Source: a virus (lineage: Duplodnaviria; Caudoviricetes). From it: 35,565 nucleotides of DNA. The notes below the pieces were generated by a model. That model was not told the origin of the DNA and did no database searches. It saw only the letters and a list, made by a program, of their open reading frames with translations. The DNA is taken from positions 1 to 35,565 of IMG/VR virus record IMGVR_UViG_3300032227_000133; one strand, 5' to 3'. Numbering within the stretch: position 1 is the stretch's first letter; each line of letters starts with the position of its first letter. Shown here in pieces: positions 33,627-35,565 of the stretch. The translations under genes were made by a program, and so were the position numbers.

Positions 33627-33913
33627 TGGCGGGCATGCGTAGAGCGGCAGATGACCGCTCAAACATGAACAAGATTTACCGACCAATTGCAGGTTATGTT
33701 GGTAACGTTGTTAAAGAAGTAAAGGACAACGCTAAGGTATTTTCAAGAGCAATTGATTTGCAAGATAAGATTCGTAACTACCCGCCAACAAAGCGCCCAG
33801 CGCTTAAGGCAGCGGCTACTGCTAATGACAAAAAGGTTACAGCAGAACGTGGACAACTTATTGGTGCAATCATCAAGGGTGCACGTTATGATGAAAAAGG
33901 CAAGCGTAAGTAA
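33626..33913 (+). CDS. Small basic protein
   Basis: TAATG coupled on both sides. Confidence 0.65.
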   Translation: MAGMRRAADDRSNMNKIYRPIAGYVGNVVKEVKDNAKVFSRAIDLQDKIRNYPPTKRPALKAAATANDKKVTAERGQLIGAIIKGARYDEKGKRK

Positions 33914-34074
33914 TGCCAAAGGGAATGGGCTTCAAAGCCGCACAGAAGAGCATCGCAAAGAAGAGCGGTGTATCAATGAAGTCTGCTGGTGCAATCCTCG
34001 CATCCTCTACACGCAAGGCAAGCCCAGCAGCAAAGAAAGCAAATCCTAATTTAAAAAAGGTTAAGGGAAAGTAA
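33913..34074 (+). CDS. Lys/Ala-rich basic peptide, 53 aa
   Basis: MPKGMGFKAAQKSIAKKSGVSMKSAGAILASSTRKASPAAKKANPNLKKVKGK*; TAATG at both ends. Not in the ORF track. Confidence 0.75.
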   Translation: MPKGMGFKAAQKSIAKKSGVSMKSAGAILASSTRKASPAAKKANPNLKKVKGK

Positions 34075-34376
34075 TGGCTAAATCACCAGCATGGCAGCGT
34101 AAAGAAGGTAAGAATCCAGCAGGCGGACTTAATGCAAAGGGACGTGCATCTGCTAAGGCTCAAGGCTCTAATCTAAAACCACCTGTTAAGTCTGGTGATA
34201 ATCCACGTAGAGCAAGTTTCCTTGCTCGTATGGGTGGTGCGCCTGGACCAGAACGTAAGCCTAATGGTGAGCCTACCCGCTTGTTGTTGTCACTTCAAGC
34301 GTGGGGGGCATCATCAAAAGCAGATGCTAAAAAGAAAGCGGCTGCTATTAGTGCACGTAATAAAGGCAAAAAGTAA
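34074..34376 (+). CDS. Small basic phage protein (DUF6321-like)
   Basis: SPAWQRKEGKNPAGGLNAKGRAS...RRASFLARM...SLQAWG. Confidence 0.7.
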   Translation: MAKSPAWQRKEGKNPAGGLNAKGRASAKAQGSNLKPPVKSGDNPRRASFLARMGGAPGPERKPNGEPTRLLLSLQAWGASSKADAKKKAAAISARNKGKK

Positions 34377-34561
34377 TGGCTGCTGCTAAGAAAAAATCAA
34401 CAGTTAATGCAGCAGGTAATTATACAAAACCTGGTATGCGTGCTTCTTTGTTTAAAAAAATTAAGGCTGGCTCTAAAGGTGGAGACCCTGGAGAATGGTC
34501 TGCTCGTAAAGCACAGTTGCTTGCTACGCAATATAAAAAAGCAGGCGGAGGTTACAAGTAA
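34376..34561 (+). CDS. Small basic protein (DUF5872-like N-terminal half)
   Basis: NYTKPGMR..IKAGSKGGDPGEWSARKAQLLA..YKKAGGGYK. Confidence 0.7.
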   Translation: MAAAKKKSTVNAAGNYTKPGMRASLFKKIKAGSKGGDPGEWSARKAQLLATQYKKAGGGYK

Positions 34562-34797
34562 TGGCATTAGCCAAATCTCAACAGTCTCTTAAAAACTGGT
34601 CTGCACAAAAATGGAAGACATCTGACGGTACACCATCTAAAGGTAAAAAAAGATACTTACCTGAAAAAGCATGGAGTGCTTTAAGTCCAGCAGAAAAAGC
34701 AGCAACTAATAAGGCTAAGGCTTCAGGCAATGCAAAAGGCAAACAGTTTGTAAAACAACCTAAACCTATAGCAAAGAAAACCGCAAAGTACAGATAG
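34561..34797 (+). CDS. Small basic protein (DUF5872-like C-terminal half)
   Basis: SQQSLKNWSAQKWKT...RYLPEKAW.ALS..EK.ATNKAK...GKQFV. Confidence 0.7.
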   Translation: MALAKSQQSLKNWSAQKWKTSDGTPSKGKKRYLPEKAWSALSPAEKAATNKAKASGNAKGKQFVKQPKPIAKKTAKYR

Positions 34798-34804
34798 GGT
34801 AAAA

Positions 34805-35140
34805 ATGACTACATATGGTACGGCTATATACAATGGGACTTCATATACCCTTTATGGGTTTCCAGGTTCAACGCTTCGTGATGAACTAAACCGCCTTGCC
34901 AATGGTGGTGAATACCCAGACCGTCTTGTTTACAAAGATGAAACTGGCGCAGCAAATGACTGGTGTAACACAGAGCCAGGACTAGGTATGACTGCTGCTC
35001 TTAATTTTAAAGCAGACCCAACACGCCCACCCGTAGATTACAAGGCGAATAACGCAGTTGCTAATGAACTGGCAGGAATGACTGTTCCTGGTAACCAGTA
35101 CGTTGAAATCGTTACCGCATTAAGGACTATTGCTTCCTAA
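34805..35140 (+). CDS. Hypothetical virion-region protein
   Basis: 111 aa; GSTLRDELNRLANGG; TAATG coupling to the next gene. Confidence 0.7.
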   Translation: MTTYGTAIYNGTSYTLYGFPGSTLRDELNRLANGGEYPDRLVYKDETGAANDWCNTEPGLGMTAALNFKADPTRPPVDYKANNAVANELAGMTVPGNQYVEIVTALRTIAS

Positions 35141-35565
35141 TGGCAACTACATTAACTAACCTTATTGACGACACACAACTAAACCTTGCAGGTTTTACTT
35201 ACCGTCAAGACCGTGCAACTTATCTTACTACTGCTGTAACTAGCGGAGACTTAACCATTAAGGTTGCGTCTACCGATAACATTGGTAAAGGCATTATTGA
35301 AATTGACGATGAAATGATGTGGGTAGATTCATATGACCGTCAATCAAACTCAGTAAGCATTGCTCCTTATGGTCGTGGCTACAACGGTACAACTGCTGCT
35401 GCTCATGATGTTAACTCTAAGATTACAATTGCACCTACATATCCACGTCAGGCTGTTAAGCGTGCAATTAACGACACAATTAATTCTGTATACCCAAAGG
35501 TATACGCTACAGGTTCTAGTGCTGTATCTTTCTTGGCTAGCCGTACAACTTATGCAGTACCCGCA
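35140..35565 (+). CDS. 3'-truncated head-tail adaptor / tail tubular-type protein
   Basis: Open to the window end: MATTLTNLIDDTQLNLAGFTYRQDR...IEIDDEMMWV...RGYNGTTAAAH...KRAINDTI. Confidence 0.65.
   Translation, partial: MATTLTNLIDDTQLNLAGFTYRQDRATYLTTAVTSGDLTIKVASTDNIGKGIIEIDDEMMWVDSYDRQSNSVSIAPYGRGYNGTTAAAHDVNSKITIAPTYPRQAVKRAINDTINSVYPKVYATGSSAVSFLASRTTYAVPA

Noticed and set aside
33753-34049. 98 aa track ORF
   Set aside because: The TAATG-coupled frames 33626-33913 and 33913-34074 fit the operon better.

Overview
Most of a ~45% GC tailed dsDNA phage genome, apparently circularly permuted because virion genes are cut at both window ends. It is probably a podovirus-like phage of Actinobacteria (WhiB, DUF4192-like and actinobacterial transglycosylase-like genes; layout resembling freshwater actinophages). 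Layout: tail genes and a lysis cassette on + (1-3641), a convergent terminator, then a ~12 kb early/replication arm on - (3701-15880: WhiB, FmdB zinc ribbon, glycosyltransferase, sigma-like factor, phosphoesterase, split primase, resolvase, DnaB-like helicase, PD-(D/E)XK nuclease, DUF932, transglycosylase, SSB; no recognisable DNA or RNA polymerase). A ~1.2 kb non-coding divergent region follows, then the late + arm (terminase, portal, three putative internal virion proteins, scaffold, major capsid, a run of small basic proteins, tail adaptor). Highlights: an ~850 nt hairpin-dense element with four G-CUUG-C loops and ten CAGAC repeats upstream of terminase (candidate large ncRNA or ssDNA signal), several pseudoknotted leaders, a GNAT domain inside a 1960 aa virion protein, a Ser/Thr-rich insertion in the capsid protein alongside a phage glycosyltransferase, and apparent avoidance of 4-bp palindromes. 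All calls come from reading the sequence by eye; no searches were run.
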